Assembly (NCBI GenBank): GCA_009103225.1
Contig: RHPI01000810.1
Coordinates: 1,426,154-1,490,153 of the forward strand
From: Chlorokybus atmophyticus
Taxonomy: Eukaryota > Plantae > Mesostigma and Chlorokybus algae
Direction of reading: 5' to 3'
DNA: 64,000 bases
Positions 40,629 through 54,037 of the stretch are shown piece by piece. The position numbers were made by a program, and so were the translations under genes. The notes beneath the pieces are model-generated. The model was not told where the DNA came from. It saw only the letters and a program-made list of their open reading frames with translations, and did not search any database. Each line of letters begins with the position of its first letter. Positions within the stretch are counted from its first letter, which is position 1.

Positions 40629-41269
40629 GCCTCCCACCAACAAGTCCGTCTCACAGGGTGCTCAACATCACACCGGTGCCACCATCAATCCAGCTCAAGA
40701 TCTAGCGCTTGTTGCTTGAACCACAAGCTTCAAGCCTGCAATCTTCTGGCTACAAGATGCAAGAGACCCGAGCTTGAGAGCGCAAACCGCAAGCTTCCAG
40801 CTACCCTCAGGCTCTAAGCTCTCAGCTTCAAGCTCTCAGCTTCAAGCGCAAGGCTTCAGTCTCACAGTCAACTAAGCTTAGCTTCACACCAGCAAGCAAG
40901 CAGGCAATGCGCCTGAGCAGACACAGCAGCAACCACATCCGCATTCACCAGCGCTAGTCAAGCGACTCCATCGCCAGCAATCTTGCTGCTTCGCAGTCAA
41001 GCTCAGAGCAGCTGAGCCAAGCCACTTGCTGCTGAAAGTTGAAGTCAGCCCCAGAAGAAGAATTTCTTAACGCTTGCGCTGTTACCTATGCCGAAGACGA
41101 GATGGTTTATATCGAGCCTATTTTGGTGTTGAATTCGTCTCGCCGATTGCCCCGCACGTGAGTCAGTGATATCGCTCCGTTGAGGGCGATATCGCGTAGA
41201 CTAGGGTTCTGCTGCTAATTGGAAAGGTTTGCTGGCAGCGGCGGCGGCGGTGTTGTCGGTGTCGTGGGC

Positions 41270-42793
41270 ATGGGCGGTTTGCAGAAGGCTCAGGCCGTGA
41301 GGCTGCTTGCGCAGAGGCACTTGTGTCGGCTTCAGTTGGCGCCGGCGTCCGCCGCGGATTGTGCTAAGGTGAAGGGAAGCGCCTCGCCGCCGCCTGTCGG
41401 CAGGACGCTGCGGGTGGCTGGCGCACCCGCCGCCTACGGCGAGCGCGGGCTCACGCGCGTGTTTGCGCAGTTTGGCCAAGTGGAGGGGCTTCACATCAAG
41501 CAAGAACGCGGGTGAGTAACTGCCAGCCAGCTCGGTAGCACGGTAATGTGTCTCAAAGCTAGCGTTTGTCACACATGCAGCGGCTTATGCTGTTTAGCCC
41601 TGTGCCCTGTTGGGACTGTTGCTTTCACCTGGCACGAAGCAAATCGACGTGCATGCTACATGCTGCTTTGATCCTGCGCATCAGACGAATTAGCAAGATT
41701 GCAAGTCGGTGAGGACATTGCAGCAGCACTTGGGATGGGTATTTGTACGGCACGTGAGCGATGTGGGGATTGTGCAAATGCCATTGCAGAAGAGTCCACA
41801 TGCAGGCCCGTATGTGCATGTCAGTCACAGGCAGAGTACGGAATCTTGTTCAAGAACATTTCTGATTCTGTTTAAATCCTGCATGTGGGCACGAGCTTAG
41901 CAGCTGAGTGCAGGCGACATGCGCCCGCGCACACATGCACTCGACCCCGCTTAGTCATCCTACCTGAACGCTAATTTCTGTGCCTCTTCCAACATTGCAG
42001 AGAGCGCATTGCGTACGTTGTCTTTGCAAACGACGCTGCGCTACAGGTCGCGCTGAGGGCCGCAATACCGCAAGTTGTAGATGTTCAGCCATCCATTTCT
42101 GGACAAGGAGTTGAGTTAGGGCAAGGAGAAGGGTTAAAAGGTGCAGGCGTGTGTCACATGCGCCTCCCTTGTATGCAAGCGTTGGCATTGTGGTCTTTGC
42201 TGATCTTGTCTCTTGTTTTGGTCATGACAGGTTGGGTGGCTGCGTTTCGTGCAAAGCGGCCACCACATGCAGTCTTACAGCAGCAAGTGGACGCCTTCAT
42301 GACCGCATATGATGCGGCCGAGCAAAAGGTAATGCATGCTTTTCCCATTGTCATAGCACTTGTGAATGCTGTAACAAACTCAACAGTGTTTGCCGCCTCT
42401 GCAGGAGTCTGAGGAAAGGTTACGAAAAGCAATGTCCGTGGACGAAGAGGGGTGGACTCTGGTTGCGGGGAGGAAGGGGCGAAAGAAAAGCATGGACGGT
42501 TCTGGCACAGTCGTTGGAGCTGTGTCTGCTACAGCCGCTGCACTGAAGAGCAACGACAAGAAGGAGAAGCGTCTGTTGGACTTCTACCGGTTCCAGCAAC
42601 GAGAGGCGCGACGCAACGGTATGTTTATGTTTGATTATATTTGTTCCAGTGGTGTGTGACCTGTACATGCTTGAATTGTTGTGGACTTTACATGGTTTGT
42701 TGCGCAGAATTGTTGACAATGCGGCAGAAGTTTGAAGAAGACAAGCGCAAGATTGCCAAGCTGAAGGCTGCACGCAAGTTCAAACCTTACTGA
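41270..42793 (+). CDS. RRP7A: Ribosomal RNA-processing protein 7 (RRM + RRP7 domain), 5 exons
   Basis: RRM elements RTLRVAGAP..VFAQFGQV and IAYVVF, then WVAAF..QVDAFMTAYD, DEEGWTLV, LLDFYRFQQRE, LRQKFEEDK-like MRQKFEEDKRKIAKLKAARKFKPY*. Confidence 0.93.
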
Positions 42794-44237
42794 CATAAAT
42801 CCTTTGAGGCTACATGTACAACAGCGTTGAGTGTATCGGCCTCGATATTGTCGGCTGCTGTGGCTGCTGGTGAAACAGCAAAGCGCATACAATGCAATGT
42901 TGCTTTGGGTCCGGCAGACTCTGCATAATGAGTCTCATGCATGCCACAATCCTTGCAGTTTATTTTATCTATTTATTATACTCTTCCAGGTTGAAAGACT
43001 GGTGTTGTTACGGGAATGCGAGAAGCATGTTGCGCTGTCATGTGCAGTGTGTTGCTGCCATATGCGTGTGCGGAGATGCGTACTCATTAAACCTAATATA
43101 CAGTGCTCACTATTTCGCATACATATACACACACGATCAAAGCCATCATGTCGATAATCTGAAAATTCTGAAGCCACTCCCTTCTACAGAAACATGAGTG
43201 CGTAGTCCTATCATGTGGACAGACTACAAGTAGGATCTGGCCATTGTGCAATGTCATCAACTTCAGTACGATGGATGGTAGCAAAACCCATAGCACTATG
43301 CAAGAACATAGCAACCCACCACAATCCACCAACAATGCTGCAATATAAGGTAGGCTTGGGCGGGGCTGGCGAGGAGTAGGGCTAACGTCGCGGGGGATGC
43401 GTAGTGCGGCAAGCATCTGCTTCGTGGCCGCGAGATTAATCCCTTTCCTCGAGTCGGTTACGGCATAAAGTGTGGAGTTCACCTTTGGTGACCCTCGCCG
43501 CCACAAGCTGATAAGCCGTTCGTTATCTATCGGTGTAGTCCGGCGTTGGGCACTTCAAGGTAAAAAACCATTACCCGGAGATGGGTGGCAGATCAATCTT
43601 CAAATAATTATTGTATTTTCTTTTGGGGGAGGGCAGGGGGACCAATGACAAATGCCATTACGCTTTTTGGCACGTGGAGCACCATAAAGACTCAACCATG
43701 TGCATGCACGGCCATGCATTGTTGCCGTACACCATCCATGATAGAAGATGCGCAATCACTTACAAGCAATTCTGCATAGAATGGCACGTGCATGGTGGTG
43801 AGCTTGTGCTTAGCCAGCACGTCTGTTGCATTTTGTTTATACATTACCGGAGGTAACTTCAGCACCTCCCCATATGGCACACTATACCCCTGGAAAGAAT
43901 GACTGAGTATATACGAATGCGCGTTTATGTTGCACATAGCCTAATGGCCACTGTACCAGGGACAACGAATACGTACACTTACACAAATCTTGCCTCTGCG
44001 CAACAGCTTGACCGTCTGTTTGGCAGACTATACGTGCAATACAATGTAGTAACGCCTACAGTGGCTATTCTAATTACAAACCCCACTCCGTACTCAACTT
44101 GTCCTAGCAACGATAATGCGTGCCCCATCTGTGTACAGTGACACTACCGTATGCATGTGTACGCTTCTAAGGCAAACGAGCCTAATAAATGCAGATAAAC
44201 AACAACACAAACAACACATGGTACACCTAGCTCCCAG

Positions 44238-46965
44238 TTAACTCCGGTCCACATTGGGGTACGGTCTGAATCTGGTATCAGCACTGTTGCCGCGCTGTTG
44301 TTGCTGACCTTGCTGGCGAGCACCTGAAGCAAAACCACCTTGACCAAAGTCGCCACCTCCTGCCCCTCCTGCATGCATCAACACATATTATGACGCAAGT
44401 CTTGTGACGCAAGACGCCAGGCATCAACTCAAGGGCAATATGCAAGTGCAGGTCAGGGTGATTACTGTACAGCACAAACGTTGCTTGACCTTGACTGTAA
44501 TAGCCAGATGAGCCTGGCTCTCCATAGGCACCGTAGAGGTCGGCATATGCATCTGCCGCACTTCCGTACCCTCCAGTACCGCCTGATGATGTGCGCCCGG
44601 TCAAGCCGGAAGCACCTTCCCTTCCTGACACACAACAAGCATCAGCATCTTGCAACACTACCATTGAACTGACAGGTGAAAGGCAGAACTACAATGTGCA
44701 TTGCTCGCACCACCGTAAGCATCTTCTCTGCTGCCAGAGGGTGTCGTGGAGCTGCCATAAGCACCGCCACCAAAGGCGCCTCCATACCCAAACGCTCCAC
44801 CGTAGCGGTCACTGCCAAGGCCGCCATACCCCGAGGCACCGCCATAGCCGGATGCACCCAGCCGTCCGTAGAGGTTAGAGCCATATCCTGAAGCTCCAGG
44901 TGCGGCATTGCTGTACCCGGCTCCATACCCAGCTGCGCCGTAACCTGACCCATATCCTCCCATCCCCAGTCCGCCGTATCCACCACCGCCGTAGCCGCCA
45001 CCATATCCTCTGCACGCATCAGCGACTTAGCCACGCATGCATACAACAAAACTTGGCCAGTACATGTCTGTCATGTGACAGCAGTGACACCAATATGTTA
45101 CAGGGCAGCGACGCCATGTGCATTGCAGGCAGGTATGCAAGTTGCGATGTGCAGTTCTGATAGGCAAGTGAACAGCACCGTTCGCGACTGCCAGAGAGCA
45201 AAGCGGCAGGATTGCATAGATGGCTTACCCTGCACGGCCGCCGTATGCACCTCCTGCGTATGCGGCTCGGCCGGCATAACCAGCGCTTGGGCCATAACCA
45301 GGACCATATGCTCCATATGGACTTGCTCTCTGCAAAGGGGATGGCGGCGGCATTTGTTCCCTTGGTGTGGCTCGCTTTACCTCAACCTGCATGCACCGGA
45401 TGTTGGGCACGCAAACAAGTTGCCAACACGATGCTGGCATGCAGCACTGCCTGAAGCAGCATCCGGAGCAGGTAGCACATGTGTCATTGCGACATACCGT
45501 TTTGTCTGCAAGCTCATGGTACGCAGTCCGACAGACGGCATCTACAGAATCTTCCGACTCGAACGTAATGAAACCAAAACCCCGTGGCCTCCCAGTATTG
45601 TGATCATACATGACTACCGCGTCCAATATTGTGCCATACTGCTCGAAGTAAGTTCTGAACACCTCTGCAAGCAGCAACTACACTTTAGCTCACCCAATTG
45701 GCCAGCATTGACGCCAGCAGCAGAGGCAGATTACCTTCTGTAACTGATGAGGGCAATCCACCCACAAAAATCTTTTTGGTTCTAAGCGGCGGGCCAGCAG
45801 GGGCAGCACCGCCATTTGGTAAGGGAGTACGTCCTTGTTCCTCGCGAGGTACTGCATGCTTAGCCTCAACCTGGGCAGATCATCGCGTTTGCACAGGCAG
45901 GTCACAAGCCATGCATGCAGCCCAAAGGCATAGCACGAGGCAACAGCAGCTGGTATACAGCAATAGCACTCGCAGCGCAGTGTTGTACTACTTACTTGTC
46001 GGCCGTCAATGAGATGTTTGTCTGTGACAACCCTCTCTGCAGAAGTTGGGTCACTGTACACAACGAATCCAAACCCTCGCGGCCGTCCAGTATTTTTGTC
46101 CTTCATTATCACAACCTCCACCACCTCTCCAAACTGCTCGAAATACCGTCGGAGGGACTCTGAGATACCACATCAAGGTTGAATACCACATGCAGCATTT
46201 ACAACGCAGCCAGAGGGCTAAGGCTTGTAATTACTACTCGTTGCCTTACCTTCTGTAGTTTCCCATGAGAGCCCTCCTACAAAGATTTTCCTGCACACAA
46301 GCAGTACTACTGAGTGAGAAAGGCAGCGAAACCTGCAACATAAATGCTGCAGCATTACCAAGCTGCTGTTGAGCTACTGAAGCGATAGCAGCAATGCAAT
46401 GAGATAATGCAGTGAACCGTCACAATGGCTATGACCACTAGCAGTGCTAGTGCTCATAGCCGTGCGCTGATGTTGCACGTACGACCACTCGTAAGACATA
46501 CCCAACCCAACAGACTGCATGCTGCAAAGTTCACACAACAGACCAACATGGCCTTCCAGTGGGGACGTGTGCAGCAGCGGCGACAAGCCAGGCTCAGTGA
46601 ACTTTAAGTGCTGGCAGCAAAAGGATGCCTGATGCCTGTAGCCAACTGCACCATGCAGGGCAATGGCGAACCAAAATCCTACATGGTTCATCAGATCTAC
46701 CTACAGGAACTCATCCGCAATGGCTGATCAACGACAGTAGCCATCACAGGCGAGGAAACCCTAACCCAGCAACACAGCTCGCACCCGCAAACTGCAACCA
46801 AGTCCAGCCCTCGGCTAGAACGCCAACCGTGACAAGCAGGAGCTAGCAGCAATGCGCTGCTACTCATCGGTCACAGCAATGCTGCCAGACAAGCAGCAAA
46901 CACAACACACATCTCGGCTCCAGCACAACGATAGACCGCTCCATGCCTCACCCTTGCTCCGTCAT
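44238..46965 (-). CDS. Two-RRM hnRNP A/B / Musashi-like RNA-binding protein with a Gly/Tyr-rich low-complexity tail
   Basis: MTEQG|KIFVGGLSWETTE|ESLRRYFEQFGEV..KDKNTGRPRGFGFV. Second RRM KIFVGGLP..YFEQYG..DHNTGRPRGFGFITF. GYG-rich tail ending RFRPYPNVDRS*. Confidence 0.93.
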
Positions 46966-47599
46966 GCTGCCTCCCGGTGCAGAGCTGTAGGGGAGGCCGT
47001 CCGTCAGGGCGGCCTAGCCCCCTGCCAGCTCCTTGACCCCCGTCGTGACGACGACCGCAGAGCCAGTGATAGCTTCGGCCAGCACCACCACCACCGCCGC
47101 CTCCGCCACCACCGCCGCTGCCGCCTCCTCGGCCAAGCAGCACGCCCTTAGCTATGCCCCGGCAACAAGCAGGCACAACACAGCTGGCGTGCAGCAGGTG
47201 TATGTTTTTTTTTCCCTACTGTCTGAAGCTGGAAGGAATTTCCGCCTTCCGATGCCCGGCTGCAGCTTGGCCCTAATGTACAGCACCGCGCGCCACCCTG
47301 TAATGCCGAGAAATAAAATAAAAAATTCCGCAACTTTTCGCATGCAAACAAAAAGTGTCCCTCACCAAAAAAGAGAGATCTCTCCGCCACTGCCCGACCG
47401 CTACCGCAGCCCCCACGCCGCAGCGTGCGACACCGGACAGGACCGCCAGCGTGACACGCGAGAGGGAACACAACGACAAACCTTACTTTTGATCCGTCAC
47501 TCTTACCGGCCTTGGTGATAACACCGGACATTCCCCCTCCCACGCCCGTACGTTAGGTTAGTGAGTGCAGGAGAAGGCCCTGCTCTTATGTTGGTTATT

Positions 47600-50500
47600 A
47601 CTGCTTGGCTTTGACATACGTGCGTGGTATGTAGCGTACGATGATTGATCAAATCAAAAAGAGAGACCGGTCGCCAGCCGTGGCATGGCCAGGAATATTA
47701 GGACGGTTACAGGCATAGAAACGAAGGTTGTTACACGTTACTCTGGTGCAGACATTCAGCTGGACGTCCCTAGCAGGGACAAACCTCTGCCCGTAGTAGG
47801 CTACACTGGCAGAGGGCTGCAATGTAGTTGTAATGCATAGACGGCACATGAAAATGGCTTACAATCTGGATGAAGAGCAGGTTTCATGTGCCTGGGGGGT
47901 AGCTCACTAACCCTAAGGTAGTTCCTTTTGCATCCAAACCTCATCATTTATGTGCTTTGGGTGCAGGACCTGCACTGCAGGTTGCTTGTGCAAGAGCAAT
48001 CACCATCGCTAGCTGGCTGAGAGTGATAGCTCAAAATTATTGCAACTAACATCGTCGTTTTGCAGTGAGCTCTGCTCTGCTTCTTTCAATGTATTTTATC
48101 TTATTATAAATATTCAGTTATATACTCACTGAGAATTGAGTGGAGGGGCTATCAGAATGCGATGGCAACCTTGTGGCTACAATGGGTTGGTAAGGAATAT
48201 ATTAGACTTGATGACATACCAACGCATAACCTGACCTAATTTATCATCACACCTGCGTATGTGACTCTGCAACTTGCTTATTGTGCAAATGTAGCTTGTA
48301 ATCAGCAATAGCTAGCTAAGCATTAACAAGTTGCTGATCATAAATGTTTAATGAAGTGTACAATGCGACGCATAAACTTAATGCAATCATTTGTTCAAAG
48401 AGATTAAGATAAGTGGAATTATAGTTATTGTGAAATTGCATGATTACAGACATAGTGCAATTTAAGCGTGCGCATTACAGAAACTTGAGATACAAGGTAT
48501 GTACTTACCTCTTTTACATTAGCGCATGACTCTGTATTTGTTTCAACTATTACAATATGATAGTTAATGCACTCCAAGCAATGCGATAATTAGTTAATTC
48601 ATGATGAATATTATCTGGCAATATCGTTTGCGTTATACTGTTTGTCATCGATAGTATCACAGTTTATTTAGCCATTGATATATATCATACTTGCATATAA
48701 GAATATTACGAATCGTATATAAATGTTATATGATGTTCGTTTTCAACTCATATCTGATGCAATGCACTTAAGTGCAAGCTTGCATGGTTTTCTTGCCGCC
48801 AAAACTTTAACGTGCTACGGCTTATGTATCACTAGCACACATGCCTACATAAGATAACATAAATTGGTTTGAACAAAATTTCGTAGGTTGCCTAACGTAA
48901 CGATTTGCCATCATACACGATATCCTCATTGCATACTCAAATGTACATTATCTGCATATTGCTCGTAAACATGTGCACGAGCTGCTGGCAACAGGTTGAG
49001 CACGTCACGGTTGAATTACCTCATAATCATGGCCATGGTAGAGTATGGTATGCAATATCTCACAGAGTGTTATACGATTCAATAAGTAATGTATGCTTTA
49101 AGCTACAATTATGTATATTGCATTGTAACAAGTGGGCTCCGCCCACTAGGCTATAATAGTAAGTGACGCTACCATGAGTGGTCAGTCACAATATATCTCG
49201 AATCATGTTGGTTCCGGTTCAACACACTTAACAGCTTAAACACATGGTTTATTAGCTTCTTGAATGCGACTCTGCCCTCAGGTTGCTGCCTGCCGGCCTG
49301 CTTGCGTTGCATTCCATTGCATGCGTAAAACAAATCTATGCGCGTAGCTAGACTCTGCCCAGGGCTGTTGTAACGAGGGCCCTTTTTGTAAGCTTATTGT
49401 GATTCACTTGGACGGCTAAGGGTTTATACTCACACACTTAATAGCGACTTTGTTCACACGCCAAACTACTCGGCAAACCCTAAGTTTGTACTTGGGCTAT
49501 CCGCTTAATCCAAATCATCCGCGACTTCGCGTTATGCCCGCCAAGACCTATTCGGCTTCAATTTGCCCAACCCCGATAGTTCACTTAGCGACGTCGCTAA
49601 GTTCTATCCTCGCCGCCGTAAACTAGTCACTCCGGCTAAGGACGGCGCGGTGAGGCCCAATAGTAGGAGAGAAAAGGAGAATTACCAGCCAACTCGGCTT
49701 CAATTCCCCCCATCCTATCAACAGATTGAACTCACTCGACCCAGTCCAGCGAGGTAGCGTGTTTGAAGCTGGTTTTCAAACCCGCATGACTTTTCAATCT
49801 ACATAGTCCTGCTTGCGGTCATAGGAGTTGGCGGCTGCCTTGGCCTACGTGCAAATAGCAGTTAACCAGCCACTCACTTATGAATTCCTACGACGTCATA
49901 ACTGAGTGCTTCTTATGTGCGTGCCAAGTGGGAGTAAAAGACTTGGGAAATTTTGCGACTTTGCGAAAATATCCAAGTCTTTTACTCCCACTTGCGCTAG
50001 CCTTGCTCGCACGCTATCTCTTATGGCCGCGGACTCCAATGGCCGCAAGGGGTGTTGTAACTCTAAATACTTGGCCTCAAAATGATGATCATTGATTGAT
50101 TCATCTTAATTCAACATATGTCGCTATTTAACTTGCGCCCTTGGATTCATTGTTAATGACAAATCCTTAGGGGGATCCTTTACTAGCTTTCAACAATTCC
50201 GCAACATAAAAGCTTGCAACAACCGTGCCAGCCGGTTGGCACGTATGCTCAACCTAGATTAAGGTCTTGGGAAAGACCTTCTTTGTCTACATTGACCAAA
50301 TCAATGATGCAATTGCGTGTCCCAGTTTCTCCAAAGGTGAGTTTAGTTACATCAATCGCAATCAAACTACGTCCAATTTGGGTGGTCTTTCTAATTACAA
50401 TTTGAAAGAGGCTTCGTAATTATAGCACAGGACCGCCCGAGATGAGCCCACACTGATTCATTCGATCAACTGCATTTGCACGATTCATTAGCTTTTCCCG

Positions 50501-51400
50501 TTATAAAAAAACTTTACCCATAACAAATATTGGGAATTAACCACCGCTTTATTGGTAGTTTGCACACTTGGCTCACTATCATAACCATGGGTGACAATTG
50601 TAGCATGTTAGTACCTACTTGAGTTCATTCCGCAGAAAGTGTCTGCCATTATGCGTGAGTTCGCTCACAGGTGGTGTCTCGTTTTCCATCATCGGTTGCA
50701 AGTCCTTACTACTGGATTTAAGCAATTCTTGCACGCTTAGACTTAACCACACGGTTAGTAACTTCAAAACTATCAACACTATCAATCAACCCATTAATTC
50801 ATCATAGCGTGCATACAGCTTAGAATCAGCTTCGTGACAGCTATCTTCATTAAGTTGATACTGCTGCGGCTGTCTGTGCGTGTGCACGTTTTTGTTGTGT
50901 GCGTGTGCTTGCTTTGCAATATACCGCAAAGCAGGCACACGCACGTCGCAGCACACCTTTTCCACGAGTATTATAATACTCGTGAAAGCATATGATAATA
51001 TATGGTAGCAACCACGTATGATACAAACTTTGACTACACACATGTGCGCAAAGCAAATGTTAGCCTATTGGCGCCAATCCGCTTAATCGGCTGTTCCGAA
51101 TTGCATTGCATCATAGAAATTGCATTAACCACATTCCCGCTTTTCATCGATCGTTCCCAATGTAATCCACGAATCCATCAGGTCGCATTGAAAACAAAAC
51201 TCGACAGAATTAGATTACACTTGCTGGTCCTACATTGTGTACGACAAACACGGTATGTTTACCATACCATATTATGCTTACTGCTAGTAATTAATGCTTA
51301 CTACTATCAATAGTTGAATTGTCTTTGCTAATGATTAGCACAGCCCAATAAAAAGTCATTCACCCTAGGCCTCCTCCGCAGCTTGTCAATTCGAATTGCA
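47600..51400. mobile_element. AT-richer gene-free block, probably decayed transposon sequence; possible gag-like remnant on - strand at ~50560-51000
   Basis: Composition departs from the flanks, there are no splice-consistent exons, and reading frames are broken. One includes TCYNC followed by a Cys at zinc-knuckle spacing but interrupted by stops. Confidence 0.3.
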
Positions 51401-51506
51401 CCTCCAGGCACCGCAATGTCTGGCACTCAGTATCTGTGCGCGTGTGTATGCAAGTGTGCACATGGCACACATGCATGCATGCACTCATGCTGCAATAGAG
51501 GCTGTG

Positions 51507-51556
51507 TTCACGTCATGTGAAGTGCATTTACTACAATGCACTTCACATGACGTGAA
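51507..51556. repeat. Perfect 22-bp inverted repeat, 6-nt loop
   Basis: TTCACGTCATGTGAAGTGCATT / TACTAC / AATGCACTTCACATGACGTGAA. Confidence 0.92.
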
Positions 51557-52303
51557 GTACATGTGCATCCACTGCGTTGTGGAGTGCGCGTGTGTGTCTG
51601 CGTGCATGTGAAGTGCAGCTCGCGACATGTGCGTGGGCGTGTGCGATGTGCCAGTGTGTGAGTGCATACTTGCGTGCATTCAGTACAGAGCCAGAAAGTT
51701 TGTGCACGCGCACCATGCGCGTGATGCTCCTGTGTGCGTGTGCATGCCCTTGCCTCCAGCTGCTGCAACTGCCGCAGCTGGGTTGTGCATGCGCACATAC
51801 ACCAACCATACTGCAGCTGCTGCTGCTGATGGTTGGTGCATGTGCGCGCAGCTCTGTGTCCTTGTCAGCTCTTGCTGCACGAGGTGGGTGCATGCGTGCG
51901 TGCGTGCGTGCGCGCGTGCGTGTTGTTGCCAGCAGTTGTTGCTGCTGCATGGTTGGTGTGCGCATGTGTGTGCTTGCGCACGCGTTGCTGTCTGCGGAGC
52001 AGGGGGGGCATGCGTGTGCGTGGTACTGTCTGTGCTACTACCTGGGATGTGCGTGTACACGTGTGCACATTCCATGTACGTGCACACAAATGCAGGCACA
52101 CACACAGTCATACGCCCCACAAGCACAGGCACTCACCCCAACCATGCAGTTTCAACATGGTTCAGCGATGACACACGCGCGCGCTCGCGCACACACGCAC
52201 ACGCACACCCCAACAGTAGTAGCAGCAGCAGCAGCTGCACCAACGACTTTCACCTCACCTTTCATTAAAGGCTCGACTACCAGCACCGCCGTTTTGTCAG
52301 TCC

Positions 52304-52810
52304 ATGGCTGGCGGTCAAGAGGCCGCTGCTACGGCGGCGATTACAGCGATAGACGCCCTTAAAGTAAGGAAGGCAACTCATCTCCCTGCATGCAGAGGCA
52401 GCTCTTGGCTACAAGGAGTGGTTGACTTTCGCGTTGAGAGGTTGTTGTTGGAAGGTGTTAGGCCGGCACACTTCATAGTAACCGGCGTAGCGGATGAGCC
52501 CGGCGGAGGATATGGTTGTTATAGCATACGTGAGCGTGTTGAAAAGCTTGTCACCTAGCAAGGCGGAGAGTGCTAAGCGAATGCTTGTGGATGAGGAGCG
52601 CACGAGCGACAAGCAACAAGCAGCTTGCACTCCGGTGCTTGACACAGACAAGTAGGACAGGGCAGCCGCCCTACTTGCCGTAGCCAGGCGTGTGTGAGAC
52701 TCCTGTGCAGTCGCTATCATCAGCTGCTGGGGCAACAGCAATGCCGCCTGCCAGCAAGGACGAGAGCCACCAATCCACAGATACTCTGCGTGCTTGACAA
52801 TCATTTGCAA
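52304..52810 (+). pseudogene. Degenerate coding-like fragment, possibly a LINE ORF1 remnant
   Basis: RPAHFIVTGVADE..RERVEKLV resembles the start of the LINE ORF1 RRM. Reading continues only through stops and frameshifts. Confidence 0.25.
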
Positions 52811-54037
52811 TCATGCGTGAGTGTTGTCGCAACCATATGACCATTGCGCGAAGTTATCTTACTTGCTATTTGCTGTTGATCGTTCACTGCTGCTGTCCCA
52901 TGCTCGCTACGCGCACAACAGATAAGCAAGTTTCAAGCAACTTCGACAAGAACGCCAACAGCTGAAGCCATCTTCAACAGGAATGCTGAGCTTGAAGTAC
53001 TCACTTGCCGCAAGCCGACAGTGCTCAAGCTGTTAACGACAAGCAGCAGAAGAGGACGTCCATTGTACTAGTGCTGGCGGTTGCTGAGCCAGTCACGTTG
53101 ATAGCTGTCTGGTACTCTTTGTCTTGTCTCTCTGCCCAAACATGTGCTCGTAAATATAATCTAGTTACATTGGGATTGTGCACTGGGTGGATAGAAGATG
53201 AGGAGAGCGAGAGGGGAAGTAGGAGTGAGAAGGGGTGGGTAGAGAAGGAGGGAATGCAGAAGGGAAGGTTGGGCGAAGGGAGGCTGCTGGCCGTAGCTCC
53301 CGGAAGGGTGCTTGGAAGAGTAGTACAGCGACACCATACACCTGAATTCAACATGCAAAGGGGAGAAGAGGCAGAGGCTGGCGCCCGCAAGCAATGATAG
53401 GTAAGGAAGGGAGAGGAAGGATGGCGAGCAGGGAAGCACAGTACAGCAGGGTCTGCCTTCAAGGGTTGCGCTGATAGCGGTTCTTAACACTGAGCTAGGA
53501 TGTGGAGTTGCTAGCGAGGGCGCATGGACTGGGCAACAGCGCTGCGTGACGCGTGATCGTACACATCGCTACCTATGCCAACGCACAGCTTGCTTGTGAC
53601 AACCCTTGGCTTGTCCCCCAACCATCTTAATATTGGGTCGCAGTGGAATGAGCGGCTCGCTATATGGACTCGTCGGGCGATATATTGAGAGAGTTGGCAT
53701 CCACATTTGTACACAGTGCACATGCTCGTTGCAGCAAGACCTGTAGGCAGTAGTGCCCTTGCAGCATAGTCATGGTTGATATCGATGACACGGTCAGTGT
53801 CTGAATGCATGCTGACAAGTGCTTGGTATGCCACAGAATGCGGCATAGGTAGTCGTCAGTGAATAGATTGTTGGTTAGTGAACAATCGGTGCAATGTTGC
53901 TAGTGGTACACGGCTGTAAGCTAGCCTACTACTCGTACGAAGGCAGTAACGTCCTATCAAAAGCCGTTAGGCTGACCTGATAGTGCATGCCTTCCAGTCG
54001 ACTCGATGAAATACCATTGAGAAGAGCCAGCTTACTA

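Noticed and set aside
51543-52362. ORFs of 140-261 aa
   Set aside because: Low-complexity translations of a GT/GC-rich tract; no domain signal.
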